A program made the translations under genes and the position numbers. Positions 11,014-23,806 of a DNA stretch of 64,000 bases are shown here, piece after piece. Source of the DNA: Macrostomum lignano (Eukaryota); NCBI GenBank assembly GCA_002269645.1, contig NIVC01003518.1:1-64000 (forward strand). Direction: 5' to 3'. The notes beneath the pieces were generated by a model. That model was not told where the DNA came from, searched no databases, and saw only the letters and a program-made list of their open reading frames with translations. Each line of letters opens with the position of its first letter. The first letter of the stretch is position 1.

Positions 11014-12619
11014 CGGCGGTAAAAGTTTTGTTATACTGAAAAGAGGAAAAGCACAATTAACGAAATTACGAGCTCGTAGTATTGCCGACTAGGAATCACA
11101 CAGCTAAGGCCATTTTCTAATTTTAGATCATAAACTGATCACATTTCGGAGGATTTAAAGCCAATAATAAAGGGAAAAACAAGTTATGTCCTAACAGCCT
11201 CTAGCACTAGGAAAGATTCGGAACTTTTTCAGAGTTTTTAACAACAGCTGAACATATCTGCAATTCTAGAACATATGTACAAACAAATAATCATGCAAAT
11301 AAAGATAGTATTTAAAAATATTAGTAATGTATATTACTAATAACTCGTATTTTTCTGCTCAAAATGGCATATGAATGAAGCAATAGTTTGTTATTCAAGC
11401 GCTTCTATAAAAAATCATAAACAACATCAAATCAAGAAATAATTACATTTATTAAAAAACAGCCACACTACACATCAGCTGATGCTGGGTTATGACAATT
11501 TTACAAGTAATATTACAACAGAAACATGACATATGTTTAATTTTATATTTTATATCTGGAGGGACAAGGTAATTCTTGGAATTTAAACATATTCTTTCAA
11601 ACACATTTAAATTACGAGTATTAGAAAACAATAAACACATTTCACGATAAAGCTGTTCGATTAACCCGATTGAACTAAACAAAACCAGAGATTTCAAAGT
11701 GACTTAATTAAAACTCCTGTTATTAGTAATCGTGCAGGGTCTCTCTAGGATCATATTCGTCGGCCTCGTAGTCGCAAGCGTTACGAGGATAATAGTTGAA
11801 ATCGTCGTCAAAATAATTAGTTAAATGAATATTAATTTCGTTAAAGAAGTCTTCATGAGATCTCTGGGCCGAAGGCATCGAATCAAATGCTATTTTCTTA
11901 GCTACTGCACTTGCAGCAGTACTGATGGCACCAACACGGCTAGAAGAGGACACAACTTCTAATGCATTAGCACCACCCGCTTCAACACGATTGTCAGAGG
12001 CATCACTAGCTGACATCTGTTGCATAGACGAATGTTCAACTTCAGCACTGTCAGCATGCAGTAGGTCTTGCACAAACATTCTCTCTGCTTCCATTCTCAA
12101 ATTATCGCAGTCTCTCCAACAGTCGCAAATTGTATCGAAATCTGCCCGCTTCTCTGGCTCTTGATGCGCGGTCAACCTGACAACCTGCTTGACTGTTGAT
12201 TGCAACTGTTCCAATTCTTCGTCTTTATCTGTAGCAACATCGAAACACTTTTTATCTAATAAATCTTCAAACGATTTCAAATGGCGACCTTCTTTAACCA
12301 TTGCAGTGTACTTGTCCACTTCTTTACCAACTAGCTGTTGAATCGACTGTCGCGAGAAAGCTTCAACAACGCAGATGCCGTACAGATACCGGTCAGAATA
12401 AGCATCCGGTTGGCGTAACAAATCGTCGTATTTTTCTGGTACTCGACGTTCAATTGTTCGGCGTTGTTCCAGCTCAAGGGACTGCTGTGTCGCGATGGAG
12501 TCTGCGATGTTTTTAGCCAGACCGAAATCAGCAATCTGCAATAAAGCAAAATTTATAGCAGCTACTGTTCTGTAGTGACTAACTTGAAAGAGATTATATT
12601 TACCCATATTACATTGTCC

Positions 12620-13640
12620 CATGCTGTACGCTCATTATACAACGCTCAAAATTCAACGCTCAACTCAACACTCAAGCTTCCCTACGATCTATACCAGACC
12701 TCTTCACTCCACTTCACTTCCTTCTGACCGACCTTCCGTGTCCGCCGTCAAGCCTGCACATCCCGCAGTATGCTGATTACATCTCAATCTTGCGCGTGGA
12801 CTGTCGGTCATCAAACTCCCTGAGCTCATCCAACCGTACCTTGACTAGCTCTACCTTTATCTCGAAAACTAAAGACTTCCGCTTTCACCGGGAAAATCTA
12901 CCGCAACTGTGTTCGCTAGCAGCACACACGAATTTCGTGTAGCTAGCCTGCACCAAACCGAAGATCCTGGGCGTCACGTTTGACCCCCTTTTCCGGTTTC
13001 ATGAGAATGCCAAAATTGCTCCATCCAATTTGCTCCATCCTTCATGCCCTGTGCAGCACTCACTGGAGGACAATTAAGATACAGAGACTCTCAATGTTAC
13101 CTTCAAACCAATTTGCAGGTCGCAAATAAACTACTGCGCTCCAGTCTGGTCACCCCTGCTCAGCTAGACCAGCTTGAATCTACTCCAGCGCTGCCAAAAA
13201 CACTGCCCTGTGGAATATCACCGGGTGTCAAAGTTGAACTCGAATTGAGCACCTACACTCAGAATGCGCCGTTCTACCTGTCAAAGCGCATTTTGAGCTC
13301 CTCGGGTCTCAGTACTGGGCCTGCTGCTCGACCCCCTGGCATCCCAATCATCAGCTTTTCCGCGACCCCCAAGCCACAGCGCTCGATCTGCTGCAATCGC
13401 CGTTAATTCTGCCTCGCCATTTCCGATCGCATCGGTTACGATCTCGCGCCCATCTCTGATTTCGCATCTCTTCGCATCGCCCACTCAGCCATCCATACCG
13501 CAATCGTCCGCGAGTATCTCATCAAGCAGCCGCCCAACCCGGTTCTTGGGTCGCAACCGCCTACTATCAACTCCTCCGAGCGCCTCCTTAGCCGTCGTCA
13601 GCGCACCACCCTCGCTTAGCTACACTCCGGTCACTGTAAA
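12620..13640 (+). mobile_element. Degenerate non-LTR retrotransposon fragment (RT C-terminal/3' region) in gene A intron
   Basis: Broken frames read KILGVTFDPLFRFHENAK and LSRRQRTTLA*LHSGHC, typical of the LINE RT thumb and C-terminal region. Confidence 0.6.
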
Positions 13641-13914
13641 GTTTGATAATTACCTTTATGTCCAAAGCCTCGGTGACGAGAATATTGTCCAGAGCCAGAT
13701 CCAGGTGAAGCAACGACCCAGACTCTCTCGTCTGCAGATAATGGAACCCATCGGCTACTTGAAGCATCCACTTAGCAGTGAGAAACGGAAACACTTTGTA
13801 TTCCTCAGACTGAAATCAAACAGTTTAATGACAGTTACAACCCATTCTTTAACACAATATTCTAAAACTCGTGATTTTTTTCAATCACTGAGTATATCCC
13901 AACAGTTTGGATCC

Positions 13915-14189
13915 CTCCAGACTCGATTCCAAGCACAGTCACATTACTCGTAATTTGGGGCTAAATTGGAGTCTCGACTTGGCTCTGTTCGTGCAACTGA
14001 CGTCCAGCTTGAGTGCCAACTACCAAAACACAGTGAAGTGAAATAACTAACGATAAATAAAGTGAGGGCTGCTGTACAATCCTGGGTGTGTGTCTGCTCC
14101 AGGGAGTCGGTGGAATGGGCAGTATTTCCTCTCGCCGGTTGTGACAATGTCGCTCAAAGTGCGCCAGGGGGAAACAGTCCCTGCCTCCA
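13915..14189 (+). mobile_element. tRNA-derived SINE copy
   Basis: GACTCGATTCCAAGCACAGTC..GGGAGTCGGTGGAATGGGCAGTA..GTGCGCCAGGG..CCCTGCCTCC matches the other copies. Confidence 0.75.
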
Positions 14190-15962
14190 AAACCCTCAGC
14201 ATACGCTCATATTTTACCCTCAAAAGATCATATTCAACGAAATCAACTCCAAAACTTACAATGTTCTCAATTCGGTTAATGAATTGCCGTAGACTTCCAT
14301 GCTTGCAGTGCTCCATAACATAGCCACAGAATATACCCTCCTTGATAAACAGGCAAAGCACTTTAACAAATTCGTCTCGCTCCTGGCTCAACTTGTGCAT
14401 GGCTTGAACTTCTCGCATTAATCGCTTATTAACCCTACAATGTAGACAATTTATAGCCAATTTTATTTTGAAGAACTGCTTAAGCTAACACAATAATAAA
14501 GCCTACAAATTTTTATTCACCAGTTCATACTGATGCCTTTTATGCTGTCTTTTACTGGCGATAGCAGCTCTTTTAACACTAGCTTAGCCTGCGACTCATC
14601 AGATTAAAGTGAGCAAAGCTGGCACTTAGCAAATGCACCTTGGCCTGAAATATTTGTTGTACAGACAAAACACTTTTAGGAAAATACTAACTGCATTGAA
14701 TGGATGTCAATATTCAACAAAATAGAGTTCAAGATACAAACATACCAAGGTATCCATTTTCATATAGAACAATATCCTGCTCTGTGACATTGTCTAAGAG
14801 ATTTTTTGAGCTCATTGTCTAATAGGCATGAAATATAGATAATCAATACATACTTTAAATTTAAATTCAAAGCAAATTCATTATTCCACCAACAAAATAT
14901 AATAATACTGTATAATAATGAATAGTAAATGAAAACTATAATATCTTAAAACTAAAAACCAATAATTAAAATTCCCATATCATTACTATAACTAAAAGCA
15001 ATAAATGAGAACAAAACAAATTAAAAGCAATTATTTTTTAATTTCTAATTTTAGCATTGCCTTATAGAAACCATTTTGTGGGCTTTATCAATTCTATGGA
15101 ATATTAGATTTTGGTAAAAATAGTTCCGTTTATGCCAATTTTAGACTGATACAAACTTTTTATACCAACTAAGACAATATCTTTTTGGCTTCCAAATGTT
15201 ATGCAAGAAATTAGACATAGACATAAACATTTAAATAAATAAAATTAAAGTGCAAATGTTTTTGAAAATTTAAGCTATTATCTTTTATATAATTGTAATA
15301 GTGCCCAATTTGAGTTCGCGTGCACTTCTATTATTTTCTCTTTCTTTCTCTCTATGTCAACCCACACCCATGCGTATAGTCTTTCATGAAATTTCTTTTT
15401 GTTTCTGATTGGCTGTAAATGTGTGAATAACGAACCCTAACCAATGGAGTGCTTAGTGCCTACCCTGTTGGAGAAATCAGATTGGTTAGGATTTTCTAAG
15501 CTGTATCTTTCAACCTGCCTCCCTTTCACACAGTCAAGTCTATAAATTCAAGCAAGCTGGCAGGCTAATAAATCAAGTTTCTTTGACTAACAAAGTCTTC
15601 TATAGTTGGCGGGAATTTGAACTCCAAAATATGTGGCTATATAATTATAAAACATTTGCAAAATAATTGTTAAACTATATACTAATAGTTAAATATAAGA
15701 CTTTATGCTATGTACAACTGACCAGGTCTTAAAAACTTTGATATACTCACAAATTCCAGGGTCTAGATTGTGTACTTATATATACTAGAACAAAATCCTA
15801 TTTTAACTAAATACATGTTAGTGTATATAAAAAATGGATTTTTTAAAATAAAAGTATACATCAAAATTTCTCACAAAAAGGCTATTATCATTTAAAAACA
15901 TATAATAGCCTAAAAGATTAATGCATAATTAGTTTTAACTAATAATTTTTACTCATAATTAG

Positions 15963-16152
15963 CAGTAGCGCAACCAGAAATTTTTCAAGGGGGGGGCGGA
16001 TTCTGAGGGTAAAGTCACGGGAGGGGGGGGGGCGGCGGAGGGGTGGCTCTGTTTTTGGCGAAAATTCGCTTGGTCCCCCCTTTGATTTTTTTTCGGTCCC
16101 CCGCCTAAGGGGGGGCGACCGCACCCCCGCCCCCCCCCTGGTTGCGCCACTG
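15963..16152. mobile_element. hAT-type MITE
   Basis: 15-bp TIRs CAGTAGCGCAACCAG / CTGGTTGCGCCACTG (1 mismatch), flanked by a perfect 8-bp TSD ATAATTAG (15955-15962, 16153-16160). Confidence 0.85.
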
Positions 16153-18771
16153 ATAATTAGGTATAAATCTTTAAGTCTTAGGGAGATAGCTATATGCCTA
16201 TAGTACAACTAAAATAGATGCTAGCTTCAGCTATAATGGAATATTGTATTAGGCCAATAATCATTCCCTTTGGGTTTGGTTTTAGTTTTTATTGTAGCCT
16301 GAGCTATAGATAGGCCTATTTATCTATTAAATAATGCAAATAGCCTTATTTAGAGCACAAAATAAATTCCTTATTGCATATTTATCCTATTTTTGCATAG
16401 CATTTTACCACTATCAATGGTTTCTTGATAAATTGAAAGTGATAGATTTGATAGTTGTAATGTAACGATAGGGAATAAATTGGCACAAATACTGAAAAAA
16501 GTTATGTATTATGGGTAAGGGTAATTAGTTTAAAATCTATCATTGTATCATTATTTATGAATATGATTGATTAAACATCAATGTTATTACATAATAATTA
16601 ATATAAAAATAGTGCTATTAGGTTGCTAATTAATGGTGGAGAAGAGAGAGAGAGAGAGAGAGAGATTAGATATAATGGAGATTCAATATTGTGGCCATCT
16701 TGGTCTTACACCGATTTAAGAGCCAACTAAGCGAAAGTTTAAAGTCAAAAGCAATTGAATTTAATTATTTTACTAATCGTTTTAACTATAAACGTGCAAG
16801 ATTTATGAAATGAGCAAAAATAGAAATTGCTCTTTTAGAGGCGATGCCGAAACAATGTTTAGATCATATTAGTGTATGTTAGTTCCTTGTAGCTGAAGCG
16901 AATCCACAAATCTAGAAAAAGAAGACTTTCGGAGAAAAAAATTGTACTTGAATTAATTTCCGCAGAAGAAATAAAAGAACACAGCATGTATGCATCAAAT
17001 ACTTAGCCACGTACACGTAATTTTTTAATAATTTACAAAATCATATTCTAAATTAATATTTATTATTCGCCGTTTTTAACCAGCATAAGATTTTGATTTA
17101 ATGAGTTAATTTATTCCGTTCATTAACAAAACAAAATTTCACTTTTTTTCGGGTAACGACTACTCAATGTGCTAGTTATCGCCGAACGCAATCAATTATT
17201 GACAAAGCAAACATTGAAGCGTACATAAAAATTAACTCAGAAGTTGTCCTTGGGATGATAAATTAATTTAAACTTTTGAATGAACTTAATTTTACATGCA
17301 CATTGTAGTGTAGACTCTCACGTTGCCAGTTTCAGTAGCCCGGCCAAGGGCCGTTTTGACATACGGTACCAATCTTTAATATTACCAGTTTCGTATTTTC
17401 ACGTCTGCTTAAAGTAGTGCCCTAAGAATTTTAATCAACTGCGTACAATTGTAAACTCTGCGTACAGCGCGCGATCGATAATTTCGATTCCTGTTTTTCT
17501 CAGTTGGCCAATAGAAATGCATCGCATTAATTATACTAATTTCTCTCGCGCGCCACCCCCCAGCCCGGTCCTTATCAGTTCTGTCTGGCCGTGCGCTCGG
17601 GGCCTTTTCACTTTCGCTCCTCCTACTTTGCCTCATTGACTTTTGCTCCGCCTTCACTCCTGTCTGCCCTCCTGTTTGGACTTTAGCTCCGCCGCCACCC
17701 CGTCTGGGGCCTTCGCCTGTTTAGACTTTGTTAGCCTCTCGCACCCTTGCGAGCCCGTGTAGCTTTGTAGGCTCTGACTGCCTTTACTTGGTCACTTGCC
17801 TTCTCTCCGCCACGGTTCTAGCCACGCCTCTGTCACTACCCGCCACGCCACTTCTACTTAAGCCGATTTCTTTATGGTTGTGTAGCCGCCAGTGGATTGT
17901 TAATCAAAGTACAAGACGTAATAATAAATTAAGTCTGCAGCCAGCGTCCGTATTAACGCTAATCCAATTTACTGCCAAGTGCTACCGCTACAATTCCGCC
18001 TCTGCCACACTTATTTGTCTTCGCTTGTTCGCGAGGCCGCCACGCCAATATCGTCACAAGACGCTGCATGCAGCGTGTGTGTATATACTCAGATACTCAG
18101 AAAAATCGAAAAGTCGCCATCACAGAAGATTCCGTCTGTGATTTCCACTTTTAGAGTGTACAGGTAGTCTTTTAATCTTTTGCGAGTGACACAACTTGTG
18201 CGAAAATGCGGTGTGCGAGGGGTTGGACGGATTAAATTTTGCTACCCCCGATCAGTTTTCTCGTATATTATATATTAGAATAGTCCAACAGAAATTGCTC
18301 ACTAGCGCATAGAGTGGCGACTTTTCAATGTTGCTGAGAGTATATGTATTTTACCGGCGGCTTGGCCCGCGGCCTCTTTCATATCAGACGTTGATCTTCT
18401 CATACCCAACGCTATCTCACTCACAGTTAGTCGACGTAAATAGCATTCCGTGTGGTCCCCATCTGACGCTGTGTTCATCCCAGCTATAGTGGACTTCAGT
18501 CATCAAGCCATAATGTCATTAAGTCAGCCAATTTTCTCCAAACACAACAGTTCTACATCATCTAGCTAGGCGCATTCAGCAGCAACCTTCTGGTTGTTTT
18601 AATCACTGGTGAATTTTCTACAGTCACCGGGGCAACTAATTGGTACCTTGATTGGTAGGTAGATGCCACGGCTAAAGGTCATTTTACACCGCGTCAATTT
18701 GCACATAGTGGAAATTTGTGTGAAAGCCAAATACTATTGGACTTTTATCAATTTTTACTTGCACCTTTTTA

Positions 18772-19085
18772 AGAGGCAGGGACCCTGGCACGCTCAAGCG
18801 GACAGTGTACACAACCAGCGAGAGGAATTACTGCCCATTCCGCCGACTCGCCTGAGCAGGCACACAAGCGCGCGGATACGTGCACAGTCATTCGCACACG
18901 CAGACACTCACACAGGAGTGTACAGCGGCCCTAACTTCATTTATCGTTAGGGATGTACACTTCACACTGTGCCTTGAGAACCAAGCCGAGATTCCAAATT
19001 AGCCCAAAATTAATGCGACTGCACTTGAAATCGAGCCTGGGCCGCTGGCACATCAGAGCGCCGCGTTAGACCACGACTACTCGTA
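18772..19085 (-). mobile_element. tRNA-derived SINE copy
   Basis: Minus strand begins GTGGTCTAACGCGGCGCTCTGATGTGCCAGCGGCCCAGGCTCGATTTC (A/B-box-like); body matches the 57.3 kb copy. Confidence 0.8.
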
Positions 19086-19129
19086 CAGGCTACGGCTCAC
19101 CAGAAATGTACTTGAGCGCAGTCCCAGCA

Positions 19130-20075
19130 GGTAGCAAAGCGGCAATGCAACAATAACAAAAAACAACAGAATACGCAGTTTTGCGTCACAGGGCGCGCTT
19201 CAGGGCCAGGTCGCGAATGAACGCCACGCCGCCGACGAAACCGGGGTGCCGGCGTCAGCCAGCAGGCAGTCGACGAAATGCCAAAGTGCGCGCCTGCCCC
19301 GCCGGTAGGGTGCCTGCAGCGTTAGCAGCAGCACCTCCTGCACCGGCTCTGGGTAGTACGAATGATGTGCGAATGATGCGCGGATGATGTGGCCTGCCAG
19401 CTGTAGTCGCCGACGGCGCAACAGGTCGCTTGGACGGGCCAGGCCGGCGCAGCGATACAAAGCCGCGTTGGTCACTCGCTCGTAGCCGATCTTGAAGGCG
19501 GCGCGCAGCAGGCCAGCTGCGCCGCGTCAACTTGCTGCTGGAGCGACCCCCGCAGCTAGCGTCCAGGTCTCGGCGTTGTACAGCAGGACGGTCTCAATCA
19601 CCGCCTGGAACAACGCCGCCCTCTGGCGGTCAGGTAAGGCCTCGGACTGCAGGCTGCCCTCACAGAACGAAAGGCAGTCCAGGCAAGCCCGCGGCGACGC
19701 CGCAAATCCTCGCGGACGCCGTGAACCAGACCGCCGAGGTAGACGAACTGCTGACAACGCGGAAGCTCTGTCGCCTGTCCATCAGCGCCTCGGCATAAAA
19801 TCGCAGCCTCGATGTCGTCCGGCCCGCATATCACGACGACGGTCTTCTGCGTGTTGACCACCAAGCCGACACTCGCCGCAACAGCAACTAGCTTGTCCAG
19901 TTGTCGCTGGGCGCCCTCGACAGTTGAGGACAGCAGGGCGGGTCGTCGGCGTAGCCAAGCACGCTGAGCCGCCTCTCCGGTTGACGTCGACCCACGTGTC
20001 GCCGCAACAGAAAGCCGTTGTCGTTGGTCGTTAGTCCTCAGCACCCAGTCAAGCACCAGGACGAACAGGAACGGC
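19130..20075 (-). mobile_element. 5'-truncated, frameshifted RTE-like LINE (RT C-terminal half)
   Basis: FVLVLDWVLR..VGLVVNTQKT..FVYLG..RRRGLAWTAF..VLLYNAETWTL..LQLAGHIIR, the characteristic RTE-clade RT end. Confidence 0.75.
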
Positions 20076-21176
20076 TTTCTTTTTATTGCTTAAAAACAAT
20101 AAATTGTATTGTTTTATTGTTTTATTGTAAACACGTACTTTCTATAAATTCGACAATTTAATAGTACATTTTGCATTTTGCATAAAGTCTCGTGGATATA
20201 TTTGAACGGTGTTACATGTACGCTCTACTTACACTGCAATAACACTTACTCAGCTTTTGAAGTACCGTACTACCTATAATGAAGCTCAATATCCGCTCAA
20301 AAATACGTGAATACCCTAATTGTTATCGAGGTATGGTTTCTCCGAGCTAAAGCGGAATTACCTTGGTACAGCCTTAGAAAATCCTCTGGTTATAATTTAC
20401 ATTGGACTGCATGCCCTTTATCGGGAGCCTCTTCTTATAATCGCTTTGCTTGTACATTGTATCTAAAAATAGAACTGCGTCTCATGACTTCAAATAAACA
20501 ATGAATAATCCGTGGATTGACCGTGGAATACCTGTGGAAAATTCCGCCAAAACTCTACATCGTTGGCACCGAGAAGAAATGCTTCGAAAATTTAAAAATG
20601 CACTTGTGCTTGTGCAGAAATTCAGAAAAATTCATATTGAAAGCAGACACTTATACTACGTGTCATGAACTCGAAGAGCGTCAAATCATTGTATGTTAAA
20701 AGAAGCAAGAATACAAGTATGTTAGGCAAATGTAAGTTAAAGTTTACATATTCTACAAATGCTTCTATAGTAAATTTTCGATCTTAAATTTGAAACAGGT
20801 AGTGATACTTTTGCAGACATTCTTCGCTGCGTTCGCAGGCAAGTACCCTTCTCTGTCTGTCAGACTGTTTTAAAAATTCTCAAAACACTTACGAGTACGT
20901 GACGCTTTTGGTATTTATACTGTTTTTCACTTTCACTGATGGAAAAAACGAGGTAAATTATAAATTACTAAGCTTGATAATTTTCAGATTAAATTCAATT
21001 ATTAAAGCATTACGAGAGCCGATCCAGGACAGTGTGGTAGCAATAAAATGGATGGATCATCACATAAATCCACTTGATGACAGAGTAGAATGCCACAATC
21101 TTGAGACTATGGCGAGTCTGCTGAACAAACTTGTAAGTCAATTTGAGAACTTTGATAGTTTTAGCAACGAGGGCTT

Positions 21177-23806
21177 CAACACCAGGGGCTTTAGCACCAG
21201 GGGCTTTAGCACCAGGGGCTTTAGCACCAGGGGCTTTAGCACCAGTGGCTTTAGCACCAGTGGCTTTAGCACCAGGGGCTTTAGCACCAGGGGCTTTAGC
21301 ACCAGGGGCTTTAGCACCAGGGGCTTTAGCACCAGGGGCTTTAGCACCAGGGGCTTTAGCACCAGGGGCTTTAGCACCAGGGGCTTTAGCACCAGGGGCT
21401 TTAGCACCAGGGGCTTTAGCACCAGGGGCTTTAGCACCAGGGGCTTTAGCACCAGGGGCTTTAGCACCAGGGGCTTTAGCACCAGGGGCTTTAGCACCAG
21501 GGGCTTTAGCACCAGGGGCTTTAGCACCAGGGGCTTTAGCACCAGGGGCTTTAGCACCAGGGGCTTTAGCACCAGGGGCTTTAGCACCAGGGGCTTTAGC
21601 ACCAGGGGCTTTAGCACCAGGGGCTTTAGCACCAGGGGCTTTAGCACCAGGGGCTTTAGCACCAGGGGCGCCAGCACCAGGGGCTTTAGCACCAGGGGCT
21701 TTAGCACCAGGGGCTTTAGCACCAGGGGCTTTAGCACCAGGGGCTTTAGCACCAGGGGCTTTAGCACCAGGGGCGCCAGCACCAGGGGCTTTAGCACCAG
21801 GGGCTTTAGCACCAGGGGCTTTAGCACCAGGGGCTTTAGCACCAGGGGCTTTAGCACCAGGGGCGCCAGCACCAGGGGCTTTAGCACCAGGGGCTTTAGC
21901 ACCAGGGGCGCCAGCACCAGGGGCTTTAGCACCAGGGGCTTTAGCACCAGGGGCTTTAGCACCAGGGGCGCCAGCACCAGGGGCTTTAGCACCAGGGGCT
22001 TTAGCACCAGGGGCTTTAGCACCAGGGGCTTTAGCACCAGGGGCGCCAGCACCAGGGGCTTTAGCACCAGGGGCTTTAGCACCAGGGGCTTTAGCACCAG
22101 GGGCTTTAGCACCAGGGGCTTTAGCACCAGGGGCTTTAGCACCAGGGGCTTTAGCACCAGGGGCTTTAGCACCAGGGGCTTTAGCACCAGGGGCGCCAGC
22201 ACCAGGGGCTTTAGCACCAGGGGCTTTAGCACCAGGGGCTTTAGCACCAGGGGCTTTAGCACCAGGGGCTTTAGCACCAGGGGCTTTAGCACCAGGGGCT
22301 TTAGCACCAGGGGCTTTAGCACCAGGGGCTTTAGCACCAGGGGCTTTAGCACCAGGGGCTTTAGCACCAGGGGCTTTAGCACCAGGGGCTTTAGCACCAG
22401 GGGCTTTAGCACCAGGGGCTTTAGCACCAGGGGCGCCAGCACCAGGGGCTTTAGCACCAGGGGCTTTAGCACCAGGGGCTTTAGCACCAGGGGCTTTAGC
22501 ACCAGGGGCTTTAGCACCAGGGGCTTTAGCACCAGGGGCTTTAGCACCAGGGGCTTTAGCACCAGGGGCGCCAGCACCAGGGGCTTTAGCACCAGGGGCT
22601 TTAGCACCAGGGGCTTTAGCACCAGGGGCTTTAGCACCAGGGGCTTTAGCACCAGGGGCTTTAGCACCAGGGGCTTTAGCACCAGGGGCTTTAGCACCAG
22701 GGGCTTTAGCACCAGGGGCTTTAGCACCAGGGGCTTTAGCACCAGGGGCTTTAGCACCAGGGGCTTTAGCACCAGGGGCTTTAGCACCAGGGGCTTTAGC
22801 ACCAGGGGCTTTAGCACCAGGGGCTTTAGCACCAGGGGCTTTAGCACCAGGGGCTTTAGCACCAGGGGCTTTAGCACCAGGGGCTTTAGCACCAGGGGCT
22901 TTAGCACCAGGGGCTTTAGCACCAGGGGCTTTAGCACCAGGGGCTTTAGCACCAGGGGCTTTAGCACCAGGGGCTTTAGCACCAGGGGCTTTAGCACCAG
23001 GGGCTTTAGCACCAGGGGCTTTAGCACCAGGGGCTTTAGCACCAGGGGCTTTAGCACCAGGGGCTTTAGCACCAGGGGCTTTAGCACCAGGGGCTTTAGC
23101 ACCAGGGGCTTTAGCACCAGGGGCTTTAGCACCAGGGGCTTTAGCACCAGGGGCTTTAGCACCAGGGGCTTTAGCACCAGGGGCTTTAGCACCAGGGGCT
23201 TTAGCACCAGGGGCTTTAGCACCAGGGGCTTTAGCACCAGGGGCTTTAGCACCAGGGGCTTTAGCACCAGGGGCTTTAGCACCAGGGGCTTTAGCACCAG
23301 GGGCTTTAGCACCAGGGGCTTTAGCACCAGGGGCTTTAGCACCAGGGGCTTTAGCACCAGGGGCTTTAGCACCAGGGGCTTTAGCACCAGGGGCTTTAGC
23401 ACCAGGGGCTTTAGCACCAGGGGCTTTAGCACCAGGGGCTTTAGCACCAGGGGCTTTAGCACCAGGGGCTTTAGCACCAGGGGCTTTAGCACCAGGGGCT
23501 TTAGCACCAGGGGCTTTAGCACCAGGGGCTTTAGCACCAGGGGCGCCAGCACTAGGGGCGCCAGCACCAGGGGCTTTAGCACCAGGGGCTTTAGCACCAG
23601 GGGCGCCAGCACCAGGGGCGCCAGCACCAGGGGCGCCAGCACCAGGGACGCCAGCACCAGGGGCGCCAGCACCAGGGGCGCCAGCACCAGGGGCGCCAGC
23701 ACCAGGGGCGCTAGCACAAGGGGCGCTAGCACAAGGGGCGCAACCACAAGGGGTGCCACCACAAGGGGCGCCACCACAAGGGGCGCCACCACAAGGGGCG
23801 CCAGCT
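21177..23806. repeat. 15-bp satellite (ACCAGGGGCTTTAGC; variant ACCAGGGGCGCCAGC) in gene C intron 3
   Basis: About 175 near-perfect copies; source of the three ~900-aa repeat ORFs. Confidence 0.97.

Larger units (their letters stand above)
11723..14815 (-). pseudogene. Gene A: single non-RD kinase paralog (445 codons) with in-frame TAA at codon 37 and an acidic Tyr-rich C-tail
   Basis: Exons 14746-14815, 14521-14644, 14260-14434, 13654-13809, 11723-12535, same phases as the gene B domains. YLGQGAFAKC, LVLK, MREV, HLDLALDNIL, IADFG, RVPE, SDRYLYG. TAA at 14604-14606 sits where the paralogs have Lys (CSL*SD vs CNLKSA/CWLKND). Confidence 0.8.

Noticed and set aside
15405-15550. Cluster of CCAAT boxes and a plus-strand TATAAA
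   Set aside because: TATA orientation does not fit minus-strand gene A and no plus-strand gene follows nearby; cannot be assigned.
20517-20699. ORF LTVEYLWKIPP.. as first exon of gene C
   Set aside because: TTG start and phase-0 donor do not join the downstream exons; the overlapping MNSKS..MLGK frame fits paralog phases.
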